In this document: positions 10,443 through 19,977 of the stretch, piece by piece
How positions within the stretch are numbered: position 1 is the first letter of the stretch
Layout: each line of letters starts with the position of its first letter
Assembly (NCBI GenBank): GCA_963716145.1
Contig: OY970292.1
Location: 965,404-1,029,403, forward strand
Length of the DNA: 64,000 nt
DNA from: Candidatus Levyibacteriota bacterium
GTDB lineage: Bacteria; Patescibacteriota; Microgenomatia; Levybacterales; UBA12049
Direction: 5' to 3'
Position numbers and translations under genes: made by a program
Notes under the pieces: model-generated
The model's database searches: none
Told to the model about the DNA's origin: nothing
What the model saw: only the letters and a program-made list of their open reading frames with translations

Positions 10443-10892
10443 ATGAATTTTATTCACGACAAAAGCAATATCGAAGGCGAAGTTAGTTTAGGTGATAATG
10501 TCAGCGTTTGGTCTTTCGCATCAGTTAGAGGCGATGAAGGACCGATTGTAATCGGGGACAATACCAGCGTTCAGGATAATGTTACAATTCATGGAAAAGT
10601 AAGTATTGGCAAGAACGTAACTATCGGCCACGGCGCTGTAATTCACGGAGCAAAAGTCGGTGATAATGTACTGATTGGCATGAACAGTACGATTCTGGAT
10701 GGAGTGGAAATCGGAGATTGGTGTATTATCGGGGCTGGAAGCTTGCTCTCTCCAAATACAAAGATCGAAACAGAGTCATTGGTAATTGGGTTACCGGGAA
10801 AAGTGATCAGAAAGCTTGAGGAAAAAGACAAAGAGCTTATTGTGTCTTCCTACAAAAACTACCTCGATAAAATAAAAGACAAACAAAAGTAA
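10443..10892 (+). CDS. Gamma carbonic anhydrase family (hexapeptide repeat) protein
   Basis: VRGD, VQDNVTIH, TIGHGAVIHG, IGM motifs. Confidence 0.9.
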   Translation: MNFIHDKSNIEGEVSLGDNVSVWSFASVRGDEGPIVIGDNTSVQDNVTIHGKVSIGKNVTIGHGAVIHGAKVGDNVLIGMNSTILDGVEIGDWCIIGAGSLLSPNTKIETESLVIGLPGKVIRKLEEKDKELIVSSYKNYLDKIKDKQK

Positions 10893-10913
10893 ATGTTGTG
10901 TTAAAATAGCTTC

Positions 10914-11930
10914 ATGACTATTGAGAATGATTTTCCTCTGAAGGACTCTCTCTGGTATAAAATCGGCGGGACAGCCAAGTATTTTATAACTTGCGAGTCC
11001 CCAGAAGATATAAAAGAAGCCTTGGAGTTTATTCAGAAAAATAATATTCAGAAAGTTTTTATTCTTGGCTTAGGGTCAAATCTGATTTTTACCGACGAAT
11101 ACTTTGACGGTGCAGTTATTTGCATCTCTTCGAAACGTCATCCTGAGCAAAGCGAAGGATCTCAATTAGATTCTTCGGTTTCGCCTCAGAATGACAGTAT
11201 AAAAATGACAGAGGATGGCTTGGTTGAAAGTTTTACCGGTGAAGTCTTGGATGACGTCATAAAATTCGCCCTTGATCATAGTTTAATCGGTCTGGAATGG
11301 GCAGGAGGATTGCCGGGAACTGTGGGTGCAGCAGTCCGGGGCAATGTAGGGGCGTTTGGCGGTGAGATAAAAGACAGCCTCACAACAGTCGATGTTTTGG
11401 ATTATTCAGGCGAAGTTCCAGTTTTTAAGACATTAAATAATGAAGAGCTGCAATTTGTTTATCGTGGAAGTATTGTCAAAACACACAAAAAAATGGTTGT
11501 TGTTGGGGCTAGATTTGGTTTAAAAAAGGGAACCAGTGAAGAAGTCGAAAAAGCGTGGGAAGTTTACAACAAAAATAAACAGTTCAGAATAGACCGGCAT
11601 CCGCTTGAATTTGCCAATTGCGGATCAGTATTTAAAAACCTGAGAAACAAAGAAAAAATTGAAAAAGTTTTATCTATTTATCCCGATTTAAAAGACAATG
11701 TTGAAAAAAAATGGTACGGAAAAGTAGCAGTTGCCAGCCTGATTGAAAAATTGGGGTTCAAGGGTTATCGGATAGGAGACGCGCAGGTTTCTGAAAAGCA
11801 CGCATTGTTTATAGTTAACCTGGGTCAGGCCAAAACGAAAGAAGTACTACAGATAATTTCAGACATCCAGCAAAAATTTCAGGAAAAGTTTGGCTTCAGC
11901 CTTGAGGTGGAGGTTGAGATTGTAAATTAA
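10914..11930 (+). CDS. murB: UDP-N-acetylmuramate dehydrogenase, carrying an in-frame palindromic insertion
   Basis: KIGG.A, GLGSNLI, GLPGTVG.AV.GN.GAFG, GSVFKN, VSEKHA.FIVN, LE.EV. Confidence 0.95.
   Translation: MTIENDFPLKDSLWYKIGGTAKYFITCESPEDIKEALEFIQKNNIQKVFILGLGSNLIFTDEYFDGAVICISSKRHPEQSEGSQLDSSVSPQNDSIKMTEDGLVESFTGEVLDDVIKFALDHSLIGLEWAGGLPGTVGAAVRGNVGAFGGEIKDSLTTVDVLDYSGEVPVFKTLNNEELQFVYRGSIVKTHKKMVVVGARFGLKKGTSEEVEKAWEVYNKNKQFRIDRHPLEFANCGSVFKNLRNKEKIEKVLSIYPDLKDNVEKKWYGKVAVASLIEKLGFKGYRIGDAQVSEKHALFIVNLGQAKTKEVLQIISDIQQKFQEKFGFSLEVEVEIVN
11137..11195. repeat. REP-like imperfect palindrome inserted in murB
   Basis: GTCATCCTGAGCAAAGCGAAGGATCT-caatt-AGATTCTTCGGTTTCGCCTCAGAATGAC; translated as RHPEQSEGSQLDSSVSPQND. 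Confidence 0.8.
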
Positions 11931-11933
11931 TTA

Positions 11934-11962
11934 TTGCCAGAATCAAGTTATTCTGATAAAAT
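11934..11962 (+). promoter_or_regulatory. Promoter of the lysine operon leader
   Basis: TTGCCA-17 nt-TAAAAT with extended -10 TG. Confidence 0.7.
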
Positions 11963-11972
11963 AGTTATTGTT

Positions 11973-12023
11973 ATGTCCGAAAATTTGTTAATCAACGCAA
12001 AAACAAAGAAGCGCCTGTATTAA
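11973..12023 (+). CDS. Lysine operon leader peptide MSENLLINAKTKKRLY
   Basis: 16-codon ORF with AAA-ACA-AAG-AAG (K-T-K-K) overlapping attenuator segment 1. Confidence 0.75.
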   Translation: MSENLLINAKTKKRLY

Positions 12024-12081
12024 GGGTGTTTCTTTGCATGACAAAATCAAAAAGAAATACCCTCTCGTTAGAGGGTTTTTT
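12004..12081 (+). promoter_or_regulatory. Ribosome-mediated transcription attenuator (1:2, 2:3 and 3:4 hairpins)
   Basis: seg1 CAAAGAAGCGCCT (12004-12016) pairs with seg2 AGGGTGTTTCTTTG (12023-12036); seg2 alternatively pairs with seg3 AAAGAAATACCCT (12051-12063); terminator ACCCTCT-cgtt-AGAGGGT-TTTTT (12059-12081). Confidence 0.82.
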
Positions 12082-12091
12082 AATATAAAAT

Positions 12092-13315
12092 ATGGCAAAA
12101 ATCAATAAAAATTTTCAAAAATTACACGCAGGATATCTTACTGTTCTAATTTCGAATAAAATAAAATCATTTCAGGAAAAATATCCGGGGGCTGAGATAT
12201 ATAAACTCGGTATAGGCAATACCACCGAGCCCCTACCTGAGCATATTATTAAAGGTTTACAAACAGGTGTTAAAAGACTGGCAAACCGTAAAACATATAC
12301 CGGTTACGGGGATGAGATTGGGGACATAAGGCTTAGAAAAGCAATCACCCAATGGTACATGGACAAAGGAGTGCCTTTGGATTTTCAGGAAGTATTTGTA
12401 AGTGACGGCGCAAAGCCGGATACTGCCAATATCCAATCGATCTTTTCTCAAGACAGTATAGTTGCCGTACAGGATCCGGCATATCCGGTGTATGTTGAAA
12501 CAAACGTAATTGCCGGAAGAACAGGTGGATACCTAAATGGTAAATACAAAGGACTTGTCTATCTGCCTTGCACAAAAGAAAATAACTTTGTCCCCCTTCT
12601 GCCAAAAGGCAAAGTTGATCTGATGTATTTGTGCAGTCCCAACAACCCAACTGGTGCGGTAATGAATAAAAAACAATTGAAAAAATTTGTGGATTACGCG
12701 ATTTTGCATAAAGCGGTTATTATTTTTGATACAGCATATGAAGCGTTTATCCGAAGTAATGATTTGCCGCACAGTATTTATGAGATTGAGGGTGCAGAAA
12801 AATGCGCGATAGAAATCGGCAGTTTTTCAAAATCATCAGGCTTTACAGGTGTTCGTCTCGGGTGGACAATCGTACCTATGGTTTTGGTTACAGAAGACGC
12901 AAAAAAAGGAGAAGTAAATGCTTTATGGAGCAGGAGGCAAACCACAATGTTTAACGGAGCATCAAATATCGTACAAGAGGGTGGACTTTCAGTCCTATCG
13001 AAAGAAGGACAAAAAGAAACTCAAAAAATAGTTGATTATTATATGGAAAATGCCCGAATTATAAAAACTTCTTTTTCCAAACTTGGATTTGAAGTTTTTG
13101 GCGGAGAAAACGCTCCCTATATTTGGTTAAAAACGCCGGGAAAACTAACATCATGGGAATTTTTTGATAAATTATTAAGTGAAGCACATGTTGTAGGTAC
13201 ACCCGGGTCTATTTTTGGACCTGAAGGCGAGGGATACTTCAGGCTTTCAGCATTTGGACACAGTGAAGATATCCAAAAAGCTGTAAAAAGTATCCAGGAG
13301 AATTTAAAAATATGA
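12092..13315 (+). CDS. dapL: LL-diaminopimelate aminotransferase
   Basis: LGIGNTTEPL, FVSDGAK, DPAYPVY, CSPNNPTG, SFSK.SGFTGVRLG, NAPYIW, GEGYFRLSAF. Confidence 0.95.
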   Translation: MAKINKNFQKLHAGYLTVLISNKIKSFQEKYPGAEIYKLGIGNTTEPLPEHIIKGLQTGVKRLANRKTYTGYGDEIGDIRLRKAITQWYMDKGVPLDFQEVFVSDGAKPDTANIQSIFSQDSIVAVQDPAYPVYVETNVIAGRTGGYLNGKYKGLVYLPCTKENNFVPLLPKGKVDLMYLCSPNNPTGAVMNKKQLKKFVDYAILHKAVIIFDTAYEAFIRSNDLPHSIYEIEGAEKCAIEIGSFSKSSGFTGVRLGWTIVPMVLVTEDAKKGEVNALWSRRQTTMFNGASNIVQEGGLSVLSKEGQKETQKIVDYYMENARIIKTSFSKLGFEVFGGENAPYIWLKTPGKLTSWEFFDKLLSEAHVVGTPGSIFGPEGEGYFRLSAFGHSEDIQKAVKSIQENLKI

Positions 13316-14565
13316 AAAAAACAATACCGTTTACAAAATCAGAAATAGAAAAAATAATAAAAGATCATCCTACGCCATTTCATATCTATGATGAGAAAGC
13401 AATTGTTGAGAATGCGCGAAAGCTTTACAAAGTATTCAATTGGGCGCCTGGTTTTAAAAACTATTTTGCAGTTAAAGCAACGCCAAATCCCTCTATTATT
13501 AAAATTTTTAAAGAGGAAGGAATGGGTGTTGACTGCAGTTCATTGCCGGAGCTTATTTTAGCGGAAAGACTTGGTTTTAGGGGTGAAGAAATTATGTTTT
13601 CATCAAATGATACTGCATATAACGAATTCAAAAAAGCATTCGAAATGGGCGCGATTATTAATCTTGATGATATAACTCATATTGAAGTTTTAGAAAAACA
13701 CGCAGGAATACCTGATGTTATTTGTTTTCGCTATAATCCAGGACGTCTAAGGAAATATAAAGGAAATTTTATTATTGGTAATCCGGAAGACGCAAAATAT
13801 GGATTGATGCGGGACCAATTATTTGAAGCCTACAAAATTATGAAAAACAAAGGAGTTAAAAGATTTGGTTTACATACGATGTTTGCTTCAAATGAGCTCG
13901 ATAAAAATGCTTTTGTTGAGACAGCGGATATTCTTTTTGATAAGGTTGTTGAGATATCAAAAAAACTCGGCATAAGATTTGAGTTCATAAATTTAGGAGG
14001 GGGGATAGGAATTCCATACAAATTAACAGATAAACCGGTTGATCTTGAATACGTTTCAAAAGAAATAAAAAAACTTTATGAACAAAAAATCGTTAAAAAC
14101 AATTTGTCGCCTCTTAAAATAGTAATGGAAAACGGCAGAATGCTGACCGGGCCTTACGGATATTTGGTAACCAGTGTTATACATAAAAAAAATACCTACA
14201 AAAAATATGTTGGCTTAGACGCTTCAATGGCCAATCTTATGCGTCCAGCAATTTACGGAGCCTACCATCACGAAGCAGTAATGGGAAAAGAGAAAAGTCC
14301 GGCAACCGAGACTTACGATGTTGTTGGATCACTTTGCGAGAATAATGATAAGTTCGCAATTGACAGAAAATTACCAAAGATTGACATAGGAGACATAATT
14401 GTTATTCACGATACAGGTGCGCATGGACACGCAATGGGATTTAATTATAACGGTAAATTACGTTCCGCTGAATTATTACTTCGTCCGGATAAATCTGTAA
14501 AGCTGATAAGAAGGACGGAAACAATTGAGGATTATTTCGCAACTCTGGATTTTAATAATTTATAA
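13312..14565 (+). CDS. lysA: Diaminopimelate decarboxylase
   Basis: PTPFHIYDE, FAVKA, NLGGGIG, ENGR, MRPAIYGAYH, GSLCENND, GAHG.AMGFNYN. Confidence 0.95.
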   Translation: MKKTIPFTKSEIEKIIKDHPTPFHIYDEKAIVENARKLYKVFNWAPGFKNYFAVKATPNPSIIKIFKEEGMGVDCSSLPELILAERLGFRGEEIMFSSNDTAYNEFKKAFEMGAIINLDDITHIEVLEKHAGIPDVICFRYNPGRLRKYKGNFIIGNPEDAKYGLMRDQLFEAYKIMKNKGVKRFGLHTMFASNELDKNAFVETADILFDKVVEISKKLGIRFEFINLGGGIGIPYKLTDKPVDLEYVSKEIKKLYEQKIVKNNLSPLKIVMENGRMLTGPYGYLVTSVIHKKNTYKKYVGLDASMANLMRPAIYGAYHHEAVMGKEKSPATETYDVVGSLCENNDKFAIDRKLPKIDIGDIIVIHDTGAHGHAMGFNYNGKLRSAELLLRPDKSVKLIRRTETIEDYFATLDFNNL

Positions 14566-14569
14566 AAAT

Positions 14570-15904
14570 ATGATAATTGCAAAATTTGGAGGAAAATCAG
14601 TTGCCTCGAGCAAAAATATTGAAACCATAGCTCGTATAACTAAAGCAGAAATTAAAAAAAATCCTGTGATTGTGGTTTCTGCGGTTAGTCAGGTAACCAA
14701 TATGCTTGTTGCTTTATCTGAAGCAGACTCTGGTAATTTTGACAAGATATTCAACCAAATTAAAGTCGCACATTTTAATTTAACTTCCCAATTATGGGAG
14801 GAAAAAACTCCAGAAGATGTAACTCAATACATAAATAAATGTTTTGACAATATTAAAGCACTCGCCAAAAAAACAAACAAAACCAAAGCTGAAATGGATG
14901 CACTTTTGATGAATGGAGAAATGATGTCCTCGTATATTATAGCTTGCGCACTGTCTATTTCAGGAATAAAAGCTCAGCAAGTAGTCGCAACCGAATTGAT
15001 TGTCACAGATAGGGAGTTCGGGTCAGCAGAATTTATTCCGCAACTAACAGTTAAAAAAACCAAAGACATTATTGACCCATTATTGAAAAATGGAATTGTA
15101 CCTGTGATAACTGGTTTTATCGGCGCGACAGATAAAGGTGAACCGACAACAATCGGACGGGGTGGATCTGATTACACAGCGTCAATAATCGGATTTGCGC
15201 TCAATGCTTCAGAAGTACAGATCTGGTCAGATGTGGACGGAGTATTTACTGCGGATCCCCGGTCTGTTCCTAAAGCGAAGTTAATTAAAAACATCTCTTT
15301 TAAAGAAGCATCGGAGCTCGCATATTTTGGAGCAAAAATACTTCATCCAAGGACTTTGCGTCCTGCCATGAGAGCAGGAATTCCCGTTCGCGTTATGAAC
15401 ACCATGAATCCAAAAAGCCCAGGGACGATTATTCAGCAAGATTCTATTGGAAGAGGTGGAATTAAAGCAATAACTTCAAAAAAACAGACCAGGCTTATCA
15501 ATCTTTATTCAGCAGATATGCTTTTTGGAAAAGGATTTTTAGCACGCATTTTTGCGATTTTCGCAAAATACAATGTTTCAGTTGATTTGGTTAGTGTCTC
15601 AGAAGTTAGTGTTTCTGTTACTTTGGATAATCACGACAATCTAAAACCGGCCCTGAAAGAACTTTCTGAATTTACATCTGTTGCAAATATCTCAGATTTT
15701 GGTATAGTATCGCTAGTTGGGGATGGGATTGTAAAAATTCCGCATGTAATGAAAAAAATATTTACTATTCTGGACACGCATAAAATTGGGGTTGAGATGA
15801 TTTCACTCGGGGCAACAGAGGTAAATATAAGCTTGGTTATAGCTTCTACTGAAATTGAGCGTGCAGTTGAGAGTTTGCATGATGAATTGTTATTAAAATT
15901 ATGA
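14570..15904 (+). CDS. lysC: Aspartate kinase with ACT domains
   Basis: [43 protein letters not shown]; ATG at 14570. Confidence 0.95.
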   Translation: MIIAKFGGKSVASSKNIETIARITKAEIKKNPVIVVSAVSQVTNMLVALSEADSGNFDKIFNQIKVAHFNLTSQLWEEKTPEDVTQYINKCFDNIKALAKKTNKTKAEMDALLMNGEMMSSYIIACALSISGIKAQQVVATELIVTDREFGSAEFIPQLTVKKTKDIIDPLLKNGIVPVITGFIGATDKGEPTTIGRGGSDYTASIIGFALNASEVQIWSDVDGVFTADPRSVPKAKLIKNISFKEASELAYFGAKILHPRTLRPAMRAGIPVRVMNTMNPKSPGTIIQQDSIGRGGIKAITSKKQTRLINLYSADMLFGKGFLARIFAIFAKYNVSVDLVSVSEVSVSVTLDNHDNLKPALKELSEFTSVANISDFGIVSLVGDGIVKIPHVMKKIFTILDTHKIGVEMISLGATEVNISLVIASTEIERAVESLHDELLLKL

Positions 15905-16632
15905 AAATTGCATTAATTGGTTACGGAAAAATGGGTCAAGAAATCGAGCAAGTTGTCGCTGACTCCAAAATACATGAGATTATTTCTGTGAGTTTCCGAA
16001 AAAGCAGTGACAGTCTGGATCTTGCCGGAATTAAGACATCGGACGTGGCGATTGATTTTACGTCACCCGAAATAGTAATGGACAACATAAGAGAGGTTTC
16101 AAATCTTGGGATAAACATGGTTGTCGGGACAACAGGTTGGTACGACCAGATTGAAGAAGTTGAATCTTTGGTGAAAAAATCCGGAACTGGTTTGATTTAT
16201 ACACCCAATTTTGGAATAGGTACCAATATATTTTTTAAGTTGGTAGCGCTCGCTGCAAGACTTACTTCAAAATACGATAATTATGATGTCTATGGATATG
16301 AAGTACATCACAAAGACAAAAAAGACAGCCCATCAGGGACTGCTTTAAAAGCAGCACAAGAGATTATGGATAATTTTCCGAATAAAAAAAGATTGCAAAC
16401 TGGTAGATTGGACCGAAAAATCGAACCAGACGAGCTGCATTTTGCGTCAGTAAGAGGAGGAAGGAATCCGGGAATGCACGAAGTTGTATTTGATAGTGAG
16501 GGCGACTCGATAGATATTTCAGTTCAAAACCACTCACGTAGAGGGTATGCACAGGGAGCTGTTGTAGCAGCAGAGTATATAATAGAAAAAAAAGGATTTT
16601 ATAATTTCAGTGATGTGTTTGAAACAATATGA
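15901..16632 (+). CDS. dapB: 4-hydroxy-tetrahydrodipicolinate reductase
   Basis: GYGKMG, IDFT, VGTTGW, EVHH..KKDSPSGTA. Confidence 0.95.
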   Translation: MKIALIGYGKMGQEIEQVVADSKIHEIISVSFRKSSDSLDLAGIKTSDVAIDFTSPEIVMDNIREVSNLGINMVVGTTGWYDQIEEVESLVKKSGTGLIYTPNFGIGTNIFFKLVALAARLTSKYDNYDVYGYEVHHKDKKDSPSGTALKAAQEIMDNFPNKKRLQTGRLDRKIEPDELHFASVRGGRNPGMHEVVFDSEGDSIDISVQNHSRRGYAQGAVVAAEYIIEKKGFYNFSDVFETI

Positions 16633-17513
16633 AAAAAATAACCGGCGCGATTACAGCGCTTGTAACACCATTTAAAGAAAACGGAGAAATAGATATTGCG
16701 TCCCTTTCAAATCTGGTTGATTGGCAGATAGAAAACGGCATTAATGGTCTTGTACCATGCGGTTCAACAGGTGAAGCAGCTACTCTGGATGAGGCAGATT
16801 ATAAACTTGTTGTCGAAACTGTAGTTAAAAAAACTGCCAAAAGAGTTCCGGTTATAGCAGGCGCTACAAGTAATGATACAAGAAAAGCAGTTGAGTTTTC
16901 AAGATTAGCAAAAGAGGCAGGAGCTGACGTGCTTCTCCATGCAACTCCGTATTATAATAAGCCAACACTTTCCGGTTTGGTCGCTCATTATAAAGCAATT
17001 GCAGACGCAGTTGATTTACCTATTATTCTTTACAATGTTCCGGGTAGGACTGCTCTAAATCTGACAGCCGCTATGACTTTGGAGATTATTAAAAAAGTTG
17101 ATCAGGTTGTCGGAATCAAAGAAGCATCAGGAAACATCCTGCAAATAATGGAAGTCATTAAAGGCGCGCCTTCATATTTCTCAACACTTTCAGGAGATGA
17201 TGCAATGACACTTCCCGTTATGACGACCGGGGGTCTTGGTATTATTTCTGTTGCATCTAATGAGATTCCGGGTGAGTTTTCGGCATTGGCCAATGCTGCA
17301 CTCGTCGGTGATTATGAAAAAGCAAAAAAAATCCATTATGAGTGGATTGATTTGATGGATGTTAATTTCATAGAATCCAATCCTCAGCCCGTCAAAACTG
17401 CTCTTTTTATGATGGGAAATATAAAGGAAGTTTTTCGTCTGCCACTTGTTAAAATGGAGGAAAAAAATAAATTAATCCTCAAAAAAGTTCTTCAGGAGCA
17501 CAAATTGATATGA
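16629..17513 (+). CDS. dapA: 4-hydroxy-tetrahydrodipicolinate synthase
   Basis: TALVTPF, GSTGEA, TPYYNKP, LYNVPGRT, GIKEASG, SGDD. Confidence 0.96.
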   Translation: MKKITGAITALVTPFKENGEIDIASLSNLVDWQIENGINGLVPCGSTGEAATLDEADYKLVVETVVKKTAKRVPVIAGATSNDTRKAVEFSRLAKEAGADVLLHATPYYNKPTLSGLVAHYKAIADAVDLPIILYNVPGRTALNLTAAMTLEIIKKVDQVVGIKEASGNILQIMEVIKGAPSYFSTLSGDDAMTLPVMTTGGLGIISVASNEIPGEFSALANAALVGDYEKAKKIHYEWIDLMDVNFIESNPQPVKTALFMMGNIKEVFRLPLVKMEEKNKLILKKVLQEHKLI

Positions 17514-18589
17514 AAAAAATACCCGTAGGAATTCTAGGGGCAACCGGTATGGTTGGGCAGAGATTTGTTGAACTTCTCGCTGACCACCCTTGGTTTGAAA
17601 TAGAAGTGCTAGCTGCGTCTCCCCGCTCAAGTGGGAAAACTTACCAACAAGCAGTTTCAGGAAAATGGTTTTCCAAAAAACCAATTCCGCAAAATATTTC
17701 TTCAATGAAAGTTCTTGCAGTTGAGGACGACATGGATACTGTCAGTAAACAAGTCCAACTTGTTTTTTCAGCGCTTGATTTGGACAAAGAAAAAATTAAA
17801 AAAATTGAAGAGAATTATGCATCGAAAGGAAATTTTGTTGTTTCAAATAATTCTGCTCACCGCTGGACACCAGATGTTCCGATGATAATCCCTGAGGTGA
17901 ATCCTGAACATCTGGAAATTATCAAAGCGCAAAGAACAAATAGAGGATGGAAAAATGGAGGAATAATTGTAAAGTCTAATTGCTCAATTCAGTCTTATGT
18001 TCCGGTTCTTCAGGCCTGGGCAGAGTTTGAGCCTGTTGAAATCATTGTCACCTCCGCCCAAGCTATATCAGGTGCCGGAAAAACATTCGAAACATGGCCT
18101 GAGATGATTGATAATGTCATTCCCTATATTGGCGCAGAGGAGGAGAAAAGCGAGCAAGAACCTCTTAAAATTTGGGGGAAAATCAAAAATGGAAAAATTG
18201 AGGCAGCAAAAATGCCTCTCATTTCAGCAACCTGTATTCGGGTTCCGGTTGCGGATGGGCATATGGCATCAGTTAGTGTGAAATTTAAGAAAAAACCAAC
18301 TATTGATCAAATGATCAAAGCTATAAAAAATTATAAAAACCCGGTTGCAGATCTGAATTTGCTATCTAGCCCAAAAGAATTTTTAAAATATTTTGAAGAG
18401 GAGGATAGACCGCAGACCCGCATGGACCGTGACTTGGGAGCGGGAATGACAATCAGCATCGGCAGAATCCGGAAAGATTCAATTCTTGATTATAAATTTG
18501 TTGCTCTATCGCATAACACATTAAGAGGTGCTGCGGGCGGAGCAGTTCTGGCAGCAGAACTATTAAAAGCTAAAGGATACATAAAATAA
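17510..18589 (+). CDS. asd: Aspartate-semialdehyde dehydrogenase
   Basis: GATGMVGQRF, PEVN, NCS, QAISGAG, RVPV.DGH, HNTLRGAAG. Confidence 0.96.
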   Translation: MKKIPVGILGATGMVGQRFVELLADHPWFEIEVLAASPRSSGKTYQQAVSGKWFSKKPIPQNISSMKVLAVEDDMDTVSKQVQLVFSALDLDKEKIKKIEENYASKGNFVVSNNSAHRWTPDVPMIIPEVNPEHLEIIKAQRTNRGWKNGGIIVKSNCSIQSYVPVLQAWAEFEPVEIIVTSAQAISGAGKTFETWPEMIDNVIPYIGAEEEKSEQEPLKIWGKIKNGKIEAAKMPLISATCIRVPVADGHMASVSVKFKKKPTIDQMIKAIKNYKNPVADLNLLSSPKEFLKYFEEEDRPQTRMDRDLGAGMTISIGRIRKDSILDYKFVALSHNTLRGAAGGAVLAAELLKAKGYIK

Positions 18590-18591
18590 GC

Positions 18592-19893
18592 ATGAAAAGT
18601 AAAAAGCAAGTTAATATTGGATTAATCGGTTTTGGAAATATCGGGAAAGGTGTTGTAAAGTATTTTCAGGAGGGACGGGGTAAGCCATTTAATATTCATT
18701 TAAAACGTATTGCAGTCCGCGATATAAAAAAATCCCGCGAGATTAAAGTTGATTTAACAGACAAGGTTGATGATATTTTTAACGATCCAGAAATAGATAT
18801 CGTAGTTGAGTTGATTGGAGGATTGGATCCGGCAAAGCAGTATATTATCAAGTCAATAGAAAAAGGAAAAAGTGTTGTTACTGCGAATAAAGCAGTAATG
18901 GCGCGTTTCACAAAAGAACTATTTACAAAATCTCGTGAAAACTCAGTGGATCTTGCTTTTGAGGCAGCTGTCGGTGGTGGAATTCCAATTATCAATACTC
19001 TTAATCGCTACAAGGGAGAAAAGATAGAGAGAGTTCTAGGTGTACTAAATGGAACCACTAATTTTGTTCTTACTCAAATGGAGCAAGGTCTTGATTTTAA
19101 CAGCGCAATAAAAATAGCCCAAGAGAAGGGATTTGCCGAAGCAAATCATATTTTGGATACCGGTGGATTTGACACAAGAGATAAGCTTTCTCTTATTGCT
19201 TCTATCATATTTAACGCGCAAGTGGATCCGGAAAAGATTTCAACGCGTGGCATAACAGATATTACTCCAGTGGATATTGATTTTGCGAATAAATATGGAG
19301 TAGAAGAAGGAGGCCCGGGATACGCGATAAAGCTTCTTGCGGTTGCTGAGAGGATCAATGGATCAGTTGAATTGAGAGTCAATCCAGCGCTTATTCTCAA
19401 AAATCATCCGTTAGCATCAGTGAGGGATGAAGTTAATGCGGTCTACGTTGAGGGTGAACTTGCGGGTCATCAAACATTTTCAGGAAGGGGTGCCGGTACA
19501 AATCCAACATCTAGTGCAGTTGTTTCAGATATTCTTCGTCTTGCAAATAATATACAAAGAGGAGTTGTTGATGATTTGCCTAAACTTGATGCAAAAATGA
19601 ATTATTTATCCGCAGAAAAGTCGGAACAGGAGGGATACCTGAGAGTTAATCTTTTGCACAAACCAGGAAGTATACATAAAGTAACCGGAATTATTGCCCA
19701 TCATGGCTTAAATATTAAAGACTCAGTTCAACGCGTTAAACACGGGTATAAAACAAAAGACGGGACAATAGTGATTCCTGACATAATTACAATAGAGCCA
19801 GCACCGCAAAAAACTATAGAAATGGCTCTCTCCGATCTTTCAAAGTCAGATAGGGTAGACGGAAAGCCCTTCTTCATGAGCATTGAGGAATAG
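18592..19893 (+). CDS. hom: Homoserine dehydrogenase with C-terminal ACT domain
   Basis: GFGNIG, VVELIGG, VVTANK, FEAAVGGGIP, LNGTTNF, GRGAG. Confidence 0.94.
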   Translation: MKSKKQVNIGLIGFGNIGKGVVKYFQEGRGKPFNIHLKRIAVRDIKKSREIKVDLTDKVDDIFNDPEIDIVVELIGGLDPAKQYIIKSIEKGKSVVTANKAVMARFTKELFTKSRENSVDLAFEAAVGGGIPIINTLNRYKGEKIERVLGVLNGTTNFVLTQMEQGLDFNSAIKIAQEKGFAEANHILDTGGFDTRDKLSLIASIIFNAQVDPEKISTRGITDITPVDIDFANKYGVEEGGPGYAIKLLAVAERINGSVELRVNPALILKNHPLASVRDEVNAVYVEGELAGHQTFSGRGAGTNPTSSAVVSDILRLANNIQRGVVDDLPKLDAKMNYLSAEKSEQEGYLRVNLLHKPGSIHKVTGIIAHHGLNIKDSVQRVKHGYKTKDGTIVIPDIITIEPAPQKTIEMALSDLSKSDRVDGKPFFMSIEE

Positions 19894-19977
19894 ATTACAA
19901 TTCTGAACTCATCAGTTTCTTCAAAATTTTTATAAGCAGACCTTTTTAAAAATAGTAATTTAGAGTAAAATAACAAT

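Noticed and set aside
11931-12091. Lysine riboswitch (L-box) or T-box upstream of dapL
   Set aside because: The leader is only ~120 nt and lacks L-box and T-box consensus motifs; the leader-peptide attenuator explains the sequence.
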